64,000 nt of DNA from Basidiobolus meristosporus CBS 931.73. Taxonomy: Eukaryota > Fungi > Basidiobolomycota. Shown piece after piece: positions 35,173-50,163 of this stretch. Positions within the stretch are counted from its first letter, which is position 1. Each line of letters opens with the position of its first letter. The stretch is from NCBI GenBank assembly GCA_002104905.1, contig MCFE01000030.1, positions 1 through 64,000 of the forward strand, written 5' to 3'. The notes beneath the pieces were generated by a model. It made no database searches. It saw nothing but the letters and a program-made list of their open reading frames with translations, and was not told the origin of the DNA. The position numbers and the translations under genes were made by a program.

Positions 35173-37941
35173 ATGAACACCGAGGAGAATCAGAAAAGGC
35201 AACGAGTTAGCCGGGCTTGCGACAACTGCCGCCGAAAGAAGATTCGCTGCGATGGTGACCATCCTCTCTGCTCGAATTGTCAATCTTTTGGGATAAACTG
35301 TACTTATAACGGCACTACAAAAAAAAGAGGTCCTCCCAAAGGATACATAGAGGCCATTGAAAACAGGTTATATCGAATGGAACATATTCTTGGTGGTCTT
35401 GTCCAGGGCGACCCTCGAACGGCTGAAACCATCATGAACGAAATGCAAAGATTAGAAGAGGCTAGTGCTAATTTTCGAGCAAAGCCCAAGGTCAAGCCTC
35501 TGGAATTCCGCGAGTATCGAGTCCCAAAAGCTCGTATCCCCGACTCTCCACCAAAGCCCAACTCTCCTCCTATTACCAATACACAAGCCAAGCTAGATCC
35601 AATTTCCTACAATATACCGCCCACAGCCCCATCCTTTGATGCAATGACAATCCCGCAGCAAAGCCAGCCCCCTCAAATGCCACTACAATCAGCCACATGT
35701 GCTGAAATGGATGCTGATATTAATTCGTTGAGCAGCACTACTGATCAACTTGTACTCGATGATGACGGGCGGGTTCGATATTGCGGAACAAGCTCAGGGT
35801 TCTACCTATTACAGGGAACACAACGATATCAGAAGGACCTCTTCAAAATCAGACCTCGTATGCAGACAAGCCTTGACCGTAATGAGTTGAAGATTGACCC
35901 CCTGACGCTTCCGTCGCCGAATCTGTTTACCAATCTGTTAGAAATCTACTTTACCAAAATCAATCCAATCTTTCCATTGCTACACAAGGCCGAGTTCCTT
36001 GACCACCTGAATCAACGGAGACAGGAGATGCCGTACTTTCTTTTGAACTCCATCTTTGCTATATCTGCAGCTCTAATATCCTCAAAGAATATTCTCAGCA
36101 AAGAAAATATCGATGCGGAGATATTCTTCAAGAGATCCCGGACGTTGTTGGACCAAGCGTATGAAGTAAGCTCTATAGAGAACGTTCAAGCTCTAGTGCT
36201 CATGTCCATTTATTTTCATTTGTCTCGTGGTGGAATGAAATCGTGGATGTACAGTGGAATGGCTATTAGAATGGCTGAAGATCTTGGTCTGCATCGCAAC
36301 CCTGATATTTGGAATATCAAGCTGACAAGGGCAGAAAAGGAAACGCGTAAGAGAGTATGGTGGGTATGCTATTTAATAGACCGCTTTTCAAGCGTATGTG
36401 TGGGTCGACCAGTTTCTATAGATGACCAGCAATTCGATACTCCATTGCCGTGCCTTCTTGAAGATGATATCATGATATCCAGTGACGTTTCTCCGCGTAG
36501 TGGTCTATCATTGAAACCGTTTCTAGAAGTGATAAAGCTGCACGAATTAATTGGTCGAATACTTAGTACTGTGTACGTAGTCCGAACACCTTTAGCTGGA
36601 GATTACCAAAAACGCCATTTCAATCTAATAGAACTAGACTCTGCTTTGAACATGTGGCTGCAATCTCTACCACCCGACCTCAACTACTCGCCTTCATCTT
36701 ACTACCCTAGGAAGTCGTCCAATAGCCCAACTCTAATTTACGCTCATGTTTGGTACCATTGTGCGCTCATTCTGCTACATCGACCATTCATATCAAAGCC
36801 CGAATCGAACTCTACACCGCAGTCCTCGTCTTCTCAAATTTGCATGAACGCCGCAAACAACATCACGGCCATCGTATCTTCTTGTGTGGATAATCCTGAG
36901 CTCTCAGAGATCATAATTTTCTTACTGTTTCCAATTTTCACCGCCAGCACTATACACCTCTTGCATGCAGCATCTCCCAACTCGTGGGCCACTAATTCCT
37001 CACGGTCTAGCTTATTCCGAAACCTCGATATACTCAAACAGATTCGTGAACGATGTGGGTATGCTGGAAAGTACTACACCGTCTTGACAGATCTGATTAT
37101 CGAGAGCAATATCAACATAGAATCTGGAAATTGTAAAAACACACTGATTGCAGATACCAACGCCACTGCATCCGAGCCGGTTGTTCTTGCACCTGTGGAG
37201 GGATCTCTTCCGAACATCGAATCGAATCAGTATCTAATGAACCTCTTAACCCATATGGAGTTTGTCGAGAAATTGAACGGCTTTCCTCAGGGCTCTTTGA
37301 GCAACATACCAGAATCTCACATACCTACAACCGATATAGAGTCAACCAAGCCTATGGACTACCAACCAGCTTCGACCTTTGACATGACTCTGGCATTGGA
37401 TCCATATTCTGCATCTGACGCTATTCCACAGCTACAGCCAAGCTCTACTAGCAACACTGATCCACTCAATGAGATGATGGGTGTTGGCCAGCAGGAGGCT
37501 AAACCATTGAGCAATGAAGAAGTACTGAGTGCTCCTAAAACTTCCGACGCCCCCACTTCAAAGAATGGAACCTCAGTTTGGGGCAACCAACTTGCTTTCG
37601 ACTTTGAAGAATGGAATGATTACGCTGCCCAATACGTTGCTAATGTTATCTCAACTCCTCTCGGCGCGGGAACATCCAACCAACATACTCCAGCCATTCT
37701 GAAGTTACCTTCGGATGAGCCTGTGCCGATGGCTGAAACCACTATAGATCCCGAAAGTTTTCCGACCATCAACAAGGATGTAGTCTCTGAAGAGAAAATG
37801 GACACTTTTGGAGATAATAACATCCCGGGCCTATCGACCCTACAGTCAACGACTGAGTATGTCTCAGGTGCTGAGTTAGCAATGGCATATGATTTGATCA
37901 ACCACCAAGCCAGGGGATCTCAATATTCATGGCAATTTTGA
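35173..37941 (+). CDS. Zn(II)2Cys6 transcription factor with fungal-specific TF (middle homology) domain, intronless
   Basis: RACDNCRRKKIRCDG..CSNC..C followed by KKRGPPKGYIE; later LGLHRNP..RKRVWWVCYLIDR. Confidence 0.96.
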   Translation: MNTEENQKRQRVSRACDNCRRKKIRCDGDHPLCSNCQSFGINCTYNGTTKKRGPPKGYIEAIENRLYRMEHILGGLVQGDPRTAETIMNEMQRLEEASANFRAKPKVKPLEFREYRVPKARIPDSPPKPNSPPITNTQAKLDPISYNIPPTAPSFDAMTIPQQSQPPQMPLQSATCAEMDADINSLSSTTDQLVLDDDGRVRYCGTSSGFYLLQGTQRYQKDLFKIRPRMQTSLDRNELKIDPLTLPSPNLFTNLLEIYFTKINPIFPLLHKAEFLDHLNQRRQEMPYFLLNSIFAISAALISSKNILSKENIDAEIFFKRSRTLLDQAYEVSSIENVQALVLMSIYFHLSRGGMKSWMYSGMAIRMAEDLGLHRNPDIWNIKLTRAEKETRKRVWWVCYLIDRFSSVCVGRPVSIDDQQFDTPLPCLLEDDIMISSDVSPRSGLSLKPFLEVIKLHELIGRILSTVYVVRTPLAGDYQKRHFNLIELDSALNMWLQSLPPDLNYSPSSYYPRKSSNSPTLIYAHVWYHCALILLHRPFISKPESNSTPQSSSSQICMNAANNITAIVSSCVDNPELSEIIIFLLFPIFTASTIHLLHAASPNSWATNSSRSSLFRNLDILKQIRERCGYAGKYYTVLTDLIIESNINIESGNCKNTLIADTNATASEPVVLAPVEGSLPNIESNQYLMNLLTHMEFVEKLNGFPQGSLSNIPESHIPTTDIESTKPMDYQPASTFDMTLALDPYSASDAIPQLQPSSTSNTDPLNEMMGVGQQEAKPLSNEEVLSAPKTSDAPTSKNGTSVWGNQLAFDFEEWNDYAAQYVANVISTPLGAGTSNQHTPAILKLPSDEPVPMAETTIDPESFPTINKDVVSEEKMDTFGDNNIPGLSTLQSTTEYVSGAELAMAYDLINHQARGSQYSWQF

Positions 37942-38163
37942 TGCGTATTTGAGTTCTATAATGTAGATTTAGATGAAAGGGTAGTTATGAGCTTTAGTAG
38001 TAATTCTCACTCCTTTTTTTGGCAGAAGTTACCTGCTTTTAGTGTATATTCCACCCATGTTTGATAGAAGAAATCCAAGAACTAATAAATAGTTAAAGCC
38101 CTCATCATATTTTATCCACATAAACAGCTTGCAGATTTCCCGTGCGTGTCACAAACCCAATAG

Positions 38164-38173
38164 GTCACGTGAC
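38164..38173. promoter_or_regulatory. Cbf1/bHLH-type E-box GTCACGTGAC upstream of MRPL25
   Basis: Perfect 10-bp palindrome ~150 nt upstream of the ATG at 38319. Confidence 0.55.
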
Positions 38174-38318
38174 ACTAAGAAAATTTTGATATGGTGAGGG
38201 GAGATTGATCGAGCATGAAGTCGTGGTGAAAAGTTTGTCGAATTGGTTAGACTAATCATTTTTAAAAAGCTTGACTCAAACTCTCTTCCAGCTTTGGCGT
38301 ACACCACTTTCATACAAC

Positions 38319-38817
38319 ATGGCTACTCTTCGTTCCATCTCTAAAAAGGCTTTGAGCCAGGTTCAAAAGACCTACGAACCTGAGTTGTTTCTCCCACAAT
38401 TTGTAAACAACCGTTGGAGAGCCCCCAAGTATGGACTTCGCATTCAAGCCAACATGCGCAAAAACTGCATCCTCAGTGGTATCGACCCTATCTCCATCGG
38501 TTTACCTCCCGTCAAGGAGTCTAAGCCAGTCAGAGTCAAGCCACCTAAGGGTACCAAGATCCAGAGAACTTATGTCGAGAAGTATGAGCTGCGTTTTCTT
38601 CTACGAGCTTCAGGAACTAGCTGACCCAAACGATTTTTCTTTAGGCAAGCGAAGATTCGGGACAACTTGACGAAGATGGACGAAAAAATCACCAACTGGC
38701 GCCAGGTACTTTTCCCATCACTACTCACTTCTGGTAGCCACGAACTAATGTGTCCCTTCACTTTCTCAGGAACAACGCAAGGAAAAGGCCAAGACCAAGT
38801 CTGTCATGCCTTTCTAA
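38319..38817 (+). CDS. MRPL25: Mitochondrial large-subunit ribosomal protein mL59 (3 exons)
   Basis: FLPQFVNNRWRAPKYGLRIQA..KPPKGTK../..AKIRDNLTKMDEKITNWRQ/..KSVMPF*. Confidence 0.85.
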
Positions 38818-40525
38818 GCTGATATGTTTTGGTAGATGGTTAATTGCCGATACTTCATGCACCGTATTATCAACAGCAACATATGTTTTTTCATTCTATA
38901 AAATCCCAAATGGATATTTCAACGTTTGGTCACTTCATTTGTTCAATAGACACAAATTTTCGTCAATAAACGAACATCTTTCATTATATATCTGATTGGT
39001 CACCTGGCTCAGTGTTCATAGTGCTAAAGTTGGGAAGCCATTGATGTTACCTGAATCCAACAGTTGACAGATTCTTGAAAGGCCGCTGTTGGGATGAAGG
39101 TCCCGGTATATGTTAAATGGGAGTTCGTCGCTCATCTAGGATAACTGTCATCTCCAGACACAGGAGCTTATGCACTTATATATATGTACTGTATCCTTCA
39201 AGAAACATGGGTCTCGGTGGCGTCAAGTGAGAGCAATTCGGTACTCTAGATGCACTTTTCAAGCAGATGAACTAACAGACACTCGTGCTGCAGAAAGGGT
39301 CCATACCCGTGATCCATGAAATATTTTTCGTCCTTGACTTCGTATTACATGAAATTGTATTGCATGTCGTATACAGGTTTATAAAGTAGTTCCAAGTTAT
39401 CTATAACTATAAATCATAACATCACAAATCAAACCGTTGAGTAGCCAATTGCTAATTCAAATATATCGCAAACGAAAATCACTTGGAAGCCATGCGCAGC
39501 CATGAGAAGCAACGATGAGACAGTGTAATTGGAGTCAGCCAATATTTGTGGGTAGGTTCGAGCTTGAAATGACTCAGATACAATTTCCAGATGCCATCAA
39601 GCTTATACATTTGTTCACACCGAAGACCTGGCCCTCCACGGCCCTCGGAGTGAAGTTATCAACAATGCAGTCAATGTACTGGACTGGACCATAATCACCT
39701 GCATGCTAGATTGAGTAAATTGTAATCAATTGCGGAATCCGTTAATTGGAAAATATGCTGTGCAATGACTCCTCAATTGATTACTCTGATACAGTGATAT
39801 CCATATAATATTGTGATCCATTAATTGTCTCAAATTCTTGTTTAACCTACAATGATTCCGGCTACGAGGAGTGGGATGGCCACGTTAGTTAGGAAATTAA
39901 TTAATCTTACTCTTTGGGCAACATAAGAGTAACACTTTCACCACTAATTAGCAGATAGAGTAGCAATTGTAACAGTTGATAGCTATTGGCGAATACCTAT
40001 TGAGCATTAAGCGAAACTGAAAAATGTATCACATCAAACCTGTTACAAAGGTCAGAACAACAAATAGCTTTGATTCCTCCATCAGTTTTGGAGTCATCTT
40101 TGGTGGCACTTCTATTGCATGCTTATTTACACAGCATTATTTTTGTCCATCTCTGGGACAATGATATTACTCTCTTCGGCCAATGAGTGTCTCGGAAGCT
40201 TGCTGAGGACCTGGATGCTCACTGATGGGATTTTGCTTTGCGTAACTCGTCGCATGATTGTTTATTTGATATTTATACCTCCGATATCCATCTATGCATT
40301 CCCGTACTTTTCCTCCCTTTTCTCCACCACTATAAGAAAGTAAGGGAGTTTGCTCCTGAGAGGTTTCATTCCCTCGTAGCCAGACATTTAGAGTTGCATC
40401 ATCTTTATATATTTTCCCGCCGATTACTCTTTTCCTTTCTTTTGCCTTCCCTTTGTTCTTACCAACTTCTTTCTTTTGAAAGCCCCCTACCTTTGTCCAA
40501 CTGCATACTGCTCACTTCATTCTAG

Positions 40526-42034
40526 ATGTCCCAGGTTAAAGTGCCAATTGTACTGGATAGGGCAATACCAAAGGCCTCCCAGTATAGCAACGAAGTAGGA
40601 GTCCTCATTCCGAAGAAAGTGATCCGCGCCATTCATGATTATCATGGCGAGACCCCTTATCAACTTTCCTTTCGCGCCGGGGATTTCTTCCACGTCATAG
40701 GAAATGAGAATAACCCGCACTGGTGGGAAGCCACAAACCCCATGACCAAAGTTAGAGGGTTGGTTCCTGCGTCTTACTTCGAGGTTATTGATAGAAAGCA
40801 AGGTGGTTGCACGAAATCCAACCGTCCTCGCAACAGCTCTAACGCACAACCAGCTTTGTTGGGTCATGTTCTCTATGACTTCGAATCCCAAAGCCCGGAA
40901 GAACTGAGCGCAGAAGCTGGTGATCACATCATAATCGTTGGCAAATCTAGCAACGAATGGCTCATCGCTAAGCATATTGGAAAGCTTGGTGGTCTTGGAC
41001 TTGTGCCTTCATCTTATGTTGAGATCAAGGATGCTCGAACCGGTTTACCAGTTGCCAACATAAACCAGTTTCTGGAGGGTATATTTCCGGAAAATCATAC
41101 CAAACCTGACCCTATGAAAGGGTTGAAGAATGAGAGCCGCTTCCATGAGAAAGCTAAAGTGAACGGTGTCACCATTGATACGTCGTTTACCTTGAGACCC
41201 AACAATTCACAAGCATCCATTGGGGGGCTTTCCCCGCGAGAGCAAGCAATCCGTGCCGGCGTCAGTACATATTTCCAGCAGGATAATTGCTATTATTTTG
41301 AAGTACAAATAACGCTTCTGGATGGACACAACCGTGTTTTGTACAAGCTATACGAGGATTTCTACGATTTCCATGTTGCGCTTCTAAAGGCGTATCCTAA
41401 AGAGGCTGGTAACGGCGGACAGTATAGAATCATTCCATATATGCCGGGACCTGTCACTTTCGCTGATGAGAGCATTACTATCAGACGCTGCCAGGAGTTG
41501 AACGTATACGTAAGGCAGCTGTTTGGATTACCCAAGTATATTCAAGAGTCCAAGGTGCTAAGGGAATTCTTTGGCCTTGAAGAGCCTGGCGAGGATGAAG
41601 CAAATGTTGCTCGTAAAAGGATTATATCGAACCGCCGGCCATCGCAAGACGATGCAGAGGTGCCTGATCAAAGTAAGAGGTCCACCAGCACCTCTACCGC
41701 CTCAAACTCCTCCATGAATTCAGCCGTTCCAAGTATTGAGTCCTCATCCACTTTGTCTGATGCAGAGCCGTTTACCCCTATTTCTGTAATAGAATCTCCA
41801 TCTGAAATAGTCACGCTCAAAGTCAAGATCCAATATCATGACGATCTTATTGCCATTCGAGTGCCATCATGCATCACATACGATGCTCTTCATGCCAAAA
41901 TAGCAGAGCGCCTCGAGAACAAATCCGTTTCCCTGCAGTACCGCCTAGGCTCCAACGACTATATTGATCTGAACAGTCAACGGGATCTACAAAATGCTTG
42001 GAGCAATGGCAAACTATTTATTTATGCTTCCTAA
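40526..42034 (+). CDS. BEM1: Bem1/Scd2 polarity scaffold (SH3-SH3-PX-PB1), intronless
   Basis: SH3-1 (HDY..LSFRAGD..WW..GLVPASYF), SH3-2 (LYDF..EEL..GGLGLVPSSYV), PX (YEDFYDFH..PYMPGP) and PB1 (KVKIQYHDDLIAIRV). Confidence 0.95.
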   Translation: MSQVKVPIVLDRAIPKASQYSNEVGVLIPKKVIRAIHDYHGETPYQLSFRAGDFFHVIGNENNPHWWEATNPMTKVRGLVPASYFEVIDRKQGGCTKSNRPRNSSNAQPALLGHVLYDFESQSPEELSAEAGDHIIIVGKSSNEWLIAKHIGKLGGLGLVPSSYVEIKDARTGLPVANINQFLEGIFPENHTKPDPMKGLKNESRFHEKAKVNGVTIDTSFTLRPNNSQASIGGLSPREQAIRAGVSTYFQQDNCYYFEVQITLLDGHNRVLYKLYEDFYDFHVALLKAYPKEAGNGGQYRIIPYMPGPVTFADESITIRRCQELNVYVRQLFGLPKYIQESKVLREFFGLEEPGEDEANVARKRIISNRRPSQDDAEVPDQSKRSTSTSTASNSSMNSAVPSIESSSTLSDAEPFTPISVIESPSEIVTLKVKIQYHDDLIAIRVPSCITYDALHAKIAERLENKSVSLQYRLGSNDYIDLNSQRDLQNAWSNGKLFIYAS

Positions 42035-42906
42035 AGCAAACGGGCGAGTTAATTGTTTGAAGCCAACTGGAAGATTCCTTGGACTTTGCCAAAACTACGC
42101 AATCTTCTGTATCGAGCGAACTGGAATCATTAGGCTTTAACCCGGCTTGTAGCCAACCTTGGTTGATTGCCGGTATCACTGGCGAAGCGAAATCTCCTGC
42201 TTCATATTTTGTTATTAGCTCTCGCATCCCGTAGGCCGTTATCTAGCTTTTTCTTCATTTGTCTATAATCAATTCATCACCTGTATACTCTTTCGAAGAA
42301 TTCTATGCTATCGGAATGGACTAGGCTGCCAATATTTTGTTTTGATTATCTGGCACCCCTTCCATTTTCCTCCGTTCCAATGTATAATACTTTAAAAGTC
42401 TGTCTATTTAATCAAATTGAAAAAGTCCAATGTTACCAGCAATTTGTGTTGTCCTTGCGAATGTCAAACCATAAAGTTGTTATGATCCAGTTCAATAATG
42501 TGTTGCCACCCTGATTGGGATCTTCCATAACAATACGGTTTGGGTTAGGTAAGCAGAATGATGCAATAGAGGCCATGTATCAGCAACAGTGATACAATTC
42601 CACCATGAGGAGTATGGTGGTAGCTCATAAACGTGGTGGAAGGCCATATGATCTCATTGCCTAGGAGTTTCACAAAGCGTTGCTTGCATTGATTGTGCAT
42701 TACATTGTACAGAATTCTTGAACAACATATTTTTATTAGCTACCTGTGAAGGTGGAGTGAATTTGATCATTTGAGGAAAGGCGACAAAAATAGGACGATT
42801 AGTAGTATATAGTTGGGAGAAAAATGCTACGAAGTAAATAAATAATGTACAATCCATTCTAATCTAACCAAATTCAAGCAAGCAATCTAAAACGCCAACA
42901 AGGCAC

Positions 42907-46113
<3,207 letters not shown>

Positions 46114-46756
46114 CTTGAAAACACACAAGGATTTCAGTGTTGCTTTACTGTCAAAAAATCGAGGTAGTGTCTCGATTTTACTTGTTCACCATTTGTGTTT
46201 ACTTGAGTAATTAAAGCATGTGACCAGATGTAATTTTCTAATTGTACTAACCATGGTGAATATTTATAAATAAATATTTTTACTAAGCAATACGAATTTA
46301 CTGGTGGTTTATAGGACTCTGAAAAATAGAATTCATTCATCAGTGTGACATGATTGGTCCTTTCTGCCCACACTGAAAACCTTAGCTGAAAACCTTAGCT
46401 TTGCTGCGTTTACACCCAACAGCATAGCAACCCTCCATTGTTTAAATCGAACCATGTACATGGAGTTCACATATATGACCACCGGTAACGGATTATTCAA
46501 GCTCTTCTCACAACATAAAGCTTTGTTTGAAAAGTATTCCGTTGTTCAAGTATCTGATGAAATCTAAGCCTATAAATTGCCTAGACTTAATCCCTCATGC
46601 GTCACCTGTAGTTTAAATTTAGAGCCAGATGTAATGAATATCAATCATTTTATTAAATCAAATGGGATGTGAAGATGGAAAGAATCATATAAGCAACACC
46701 ACTCATGTCAGGAAACCAACGTAAATACTTCAGTATTTACTATTTCAAAAAGTGAC

Positions 46757-47402
46757 TTATTCAATTTGATGAGCTGGGAATTCAAAGACAACATCTTTGC
46801 CGGTCAATTTCTTGTAGACTCCAGAGAAAGTATCAAGCTTGTACTCAAGGGAACCGGCATCCTTGCTGTCAAGGAAGACCTTGATGGTCTTGCTACCGTC
46901 AACCTTGACTCTGGTACGCTTACCAACGATCTCGGTAGGATAAACAATATCATCGAGAATCTTCTCGTGAACAGCGGTCAAAGTGCGAGATCTGGGGCGA
47001 GCTTGCTTGGCGCGGCTGCGACGAGTAGGCTTGCGCATGATACGGCGTTGAGCAATGAAGATGACATGGCGGTCAGAGAACTTCTTCTCAAGCTCACGAG
47101 TGAGGCGTTGTTGAACCTTGTTCAAAGCCTTGAACAAAGTGACGGGGACGAAGACAACAACAGCCTTCTTACCAGCGCCGATCTCGACCTAGTGATAAAG
47201 TTCAAGTTAATTGGAGCCTAGCTATAGGTTGCATACACCCACTACGTACTTCCTTGGCAGCACAGATTTGGATGGGACGGAGCTCCTTCTTCAATTCAGG
47301 AACGTTGTTCTCCAAATCGAGGAGGGCTTGAGCAACGGAGAGTTCGAGCTCATCAGCAGGGGCGGCGCCTGCTGGCTTGACAATCTTGTTAGCGGCAGAC
47401 AT
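46757..47402 (-). CDS. RPS7: 40S ribosomal protein eS7 (intron 47189-47249; probable 5'UTR intron 47405-47541)
   Basis: [50 protein letters not shown]. Confidence 0.98.
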
Positions 47403-47648
47403 GGCTAATGTACGCAAGTTAGTGTTAATATTGATGGATGGGGAATAAGGTGGATTAGATATATGTAGGCTGGAGTGTGATCACACTTCATTAAAGTCAA
47501 GCCCAACAAATCCAGCAGCCAAGAGTTCGAAATACACTTACTTTTTCTTTCCTCTCAAGAAAATCAATCCACTCTTTAAAAAGGAAGAAACCATATACGA
47601 AGAGCATCTTAGTTTTATGAGGCCACACTGATTGAGAACCCTCCATCA

Positions 47649-47733
47649 TCACGTGAATGCAAAAAAATTTCAAACCATTTCTTTTTTTTCTTTGATTTCT
47701 ACAGCCTTCAAGCAAGTAGAATGATTAGCCCTA
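47649..47733 (-). promoter_or_regulatory. Cbf1-like E-box (TCACGTGA, 47649-47656) and Tbf1-like site (TAGGGCTA, 47726-47733) upstream of RPS7
   Basis: Both motifs are read directly upstream of the RPS7 5' exon and match the Candida-type ribosomal-protein promoter elements. Confidence 0.5.
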
Positions 47734-48311
47734 GCGTGCAATCGGCTCCCGCGGTTTTGCAAACCAAATTCTGATATAAACTATGTTTAATCTAGGAATC
47801 GAATGTTACTTTATCAATCTTTGATCTCATGATCGCCCATTTGTAGATGAAATTTATGATGCCCAATTGTCCACTAACCTTTCGAATATGAAACATCAGA
47901 AACGGAGTGGTTTTAAATTTGATTAAATAAATTATCTAGTAGCTATATGGTTAGAGGGTTGACAGGTATGACTGCTTGGGTACTGATTAAATGTTGCATT
48001 GTCACATGATCATGTGGATGGCTTCGGATTGTCGATTACTTATTTGTTATGCTGTCATTTTAGGTCAATGAGTGCTTTTGAAGTTCCTTTTATTACACTG
48101 GATCATTCGCGCCCCTTTTGAAGATCCGATCGGTTTTAATATAGAAGCGTCTATTTATCCAACTCCTTGGCCAAATACTCATTCCTTTCTGATAGTATCG
48201 TTTAAAAGTTCTTTATATTTTATTGTACTATTGACTTCTTATTAGTGCTTTTTTACATCTGCATTTCATTTTTATTATTTTGCTTGACAGTTGTACAGAA
48301 GTCGAATAACC

Positions 48312-49310
48312 ATGTCGTCCTCTCTATCTTCGCACTCAGAAGCTGGCTTTGCTGCCTCAAATACTGCAGGTAACAACAAACCTATCCAGGTGAAGCTGGT
48401 ATTATTAGGTAAGCACTCTACTCGGAATGGTGCTTATTTCATTTTTCTGAACAGAGTTCATTACTCTTATTTGCAGGGGAGGCGGCAGTAGGGAAGTCCA
48501 GCCTGGTACTGCGCTTTGTGAACAACGAGTTTCAAGAGAATAAGGAGCCTACCATCGGAGGTTTGCTTTTCTTCAAAGCTAATTTGGTTTTTTTGGTGCA
48601 CACTCTAGTAACGCATCCACTTGTTACCCAGCCGCCTTTTTGACTCAAAAGTGCCGTTTGGAAGACAAAGTAATCAAATTTGAAATTTGGGATACCGCTG
48701 GTCAAGAAAGATTCCACTCCTTGGCACCCATGTATTATCGTAACGCACAAGCCGCTGTTATAGTATACGATGTGACCAAAGCCGTAAGCTGCTTACAAAA
48801 TTAACTCTTGACAGATAGAAATATACTCATAGTAATACAGGCCTCCCTAGATAAAGCCAAATCATGGGTAAAGGAGTTACAGCGCCAAGCAAATCCAAAC
48901 ATAGTTATTGCCCTTGTTGGCAACAAAGTTGACTTGGTCGCGCTTCCAAACGAGGAGATTGAAGAGGAGAATGAAGAGACCAACACCGACGATCAAGATG
49001 TCAGAGAAGTGTCCACCGAGGAGGCAAGTGCGTATGCCAATGAGGTCGGACTTATGTCTTTCGAGACAAGCGCAAAAACGGGCGAGGGGGTTAACGAGGT
49101 CTTCACTGAAATTGGTTCGTCCGGATTTTTGCATTGCGCGTCTTCTTACCTCTTACAAATACTTGGTTTACAGCAAAGAAGATCCCCCTTGAGCATATCT
49201 TAGCGATGCCTCGAACTCGCCCAGGCGCCATTGGTTCTAACAATGGAAGGGTTGATCTTCATAACAACGGAGTAGCTGGCAGAAATACTGGTTCAGGTTG
49301 CGCCTGCTAA
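48312..49310 (+). CDS. VPS21: Rab5-family GTPase (Vps21/Ypt51, multi-exon)
   Basis: [40 protein letters not shown] and ETSAK motifs, with a C-terminal CAC* prenylation motif. Confidence 0.95.
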
Positions 49311-49530
49311 GCTAAAGTCCTTGAGTATTGCAATTATGCTGGTATCTGAACAGGTAGTGTTGATGCTATGTGGTTTGCTCCCACTTTCATCGAACAACTA
49401 TCTTGCACAAATGGCCGAAGTAATACTTCATCCAAATTCACAACCATTCCTTCCGTTAAAGGTTTTGACCTTTCCTCTTTGGTATGCAAGCATATTTTAT
49501 TAAGGAAAAATAAAAGCCCTCATTTGCTAC

Positions 49531-49552
49531 ATATATATGTATATATATATAT
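49531..49552. repeat. (TA)n microsatellite in the VPS21 3' region
   Basis: atatatatgtatatatatatat. Confidence 0.85.
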
Positions 49553-50163
49553 GGTGAGTAACAGTCGGATCTTTGCGTAAGAATGACAGGTACACGTTTT
49601 TGATAGATATGTATAGTCGCATTTGATGGTATTTCACATTGTGATCGAAGGAACTCCCAAAAAGTTCGGATATTCATTATAATTTAATTACTTGATTTTT
49701 GTATGTTACAGTCGCATTGGTATGCCAAAGTATTCTTTACTCGAGGGTTCAAGGCGAGATGGTTCTGAAGATTAAACATTACTGCTTGACCTGCCGATTA
49801 TTTTCTATCACAAAAACAATAATTTATAAGGATAAAGCATGAATACTACCGCTATGCTGGAGGGTATACGTGATATAGGAAATACGCCAGTTCGGTAATA
49901 TTTTCAGGAAGCAGAAGGATATCTACGAGTCAAGGTGATTCAGGTAAACAAAATTTCAAAGAAACAGGCCCAGCCTGACTGACAGCTTGAAGAAAACTAC
50001 TTATATACGTGACATTGGTGTAGATTTCGGTTGGATATTTGAAGAGTAGAAATAAGATGTAAAAATCTTGGGGACAGTATTATGTAATCTAGTAATCATT
50101 AATACGGCTGGGTTGGGTTGGGTCTGGTCACTCATGGCGTAATACATACTCAAGGTGGTTCGC

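Noticed and set aside
42018-42227. 69-aa - strand ORF overlapping the BEM1 stop, considered as a last ArfGAP exon
   Set aside because: The ArfGAP frame already terminates at 42907 and there is no supporting splice path.
46766-47221. 151-aa + strand ORF opposite RPS7
   Set aside because: Antisense shadow of a highly biased ribosomal protein gene.
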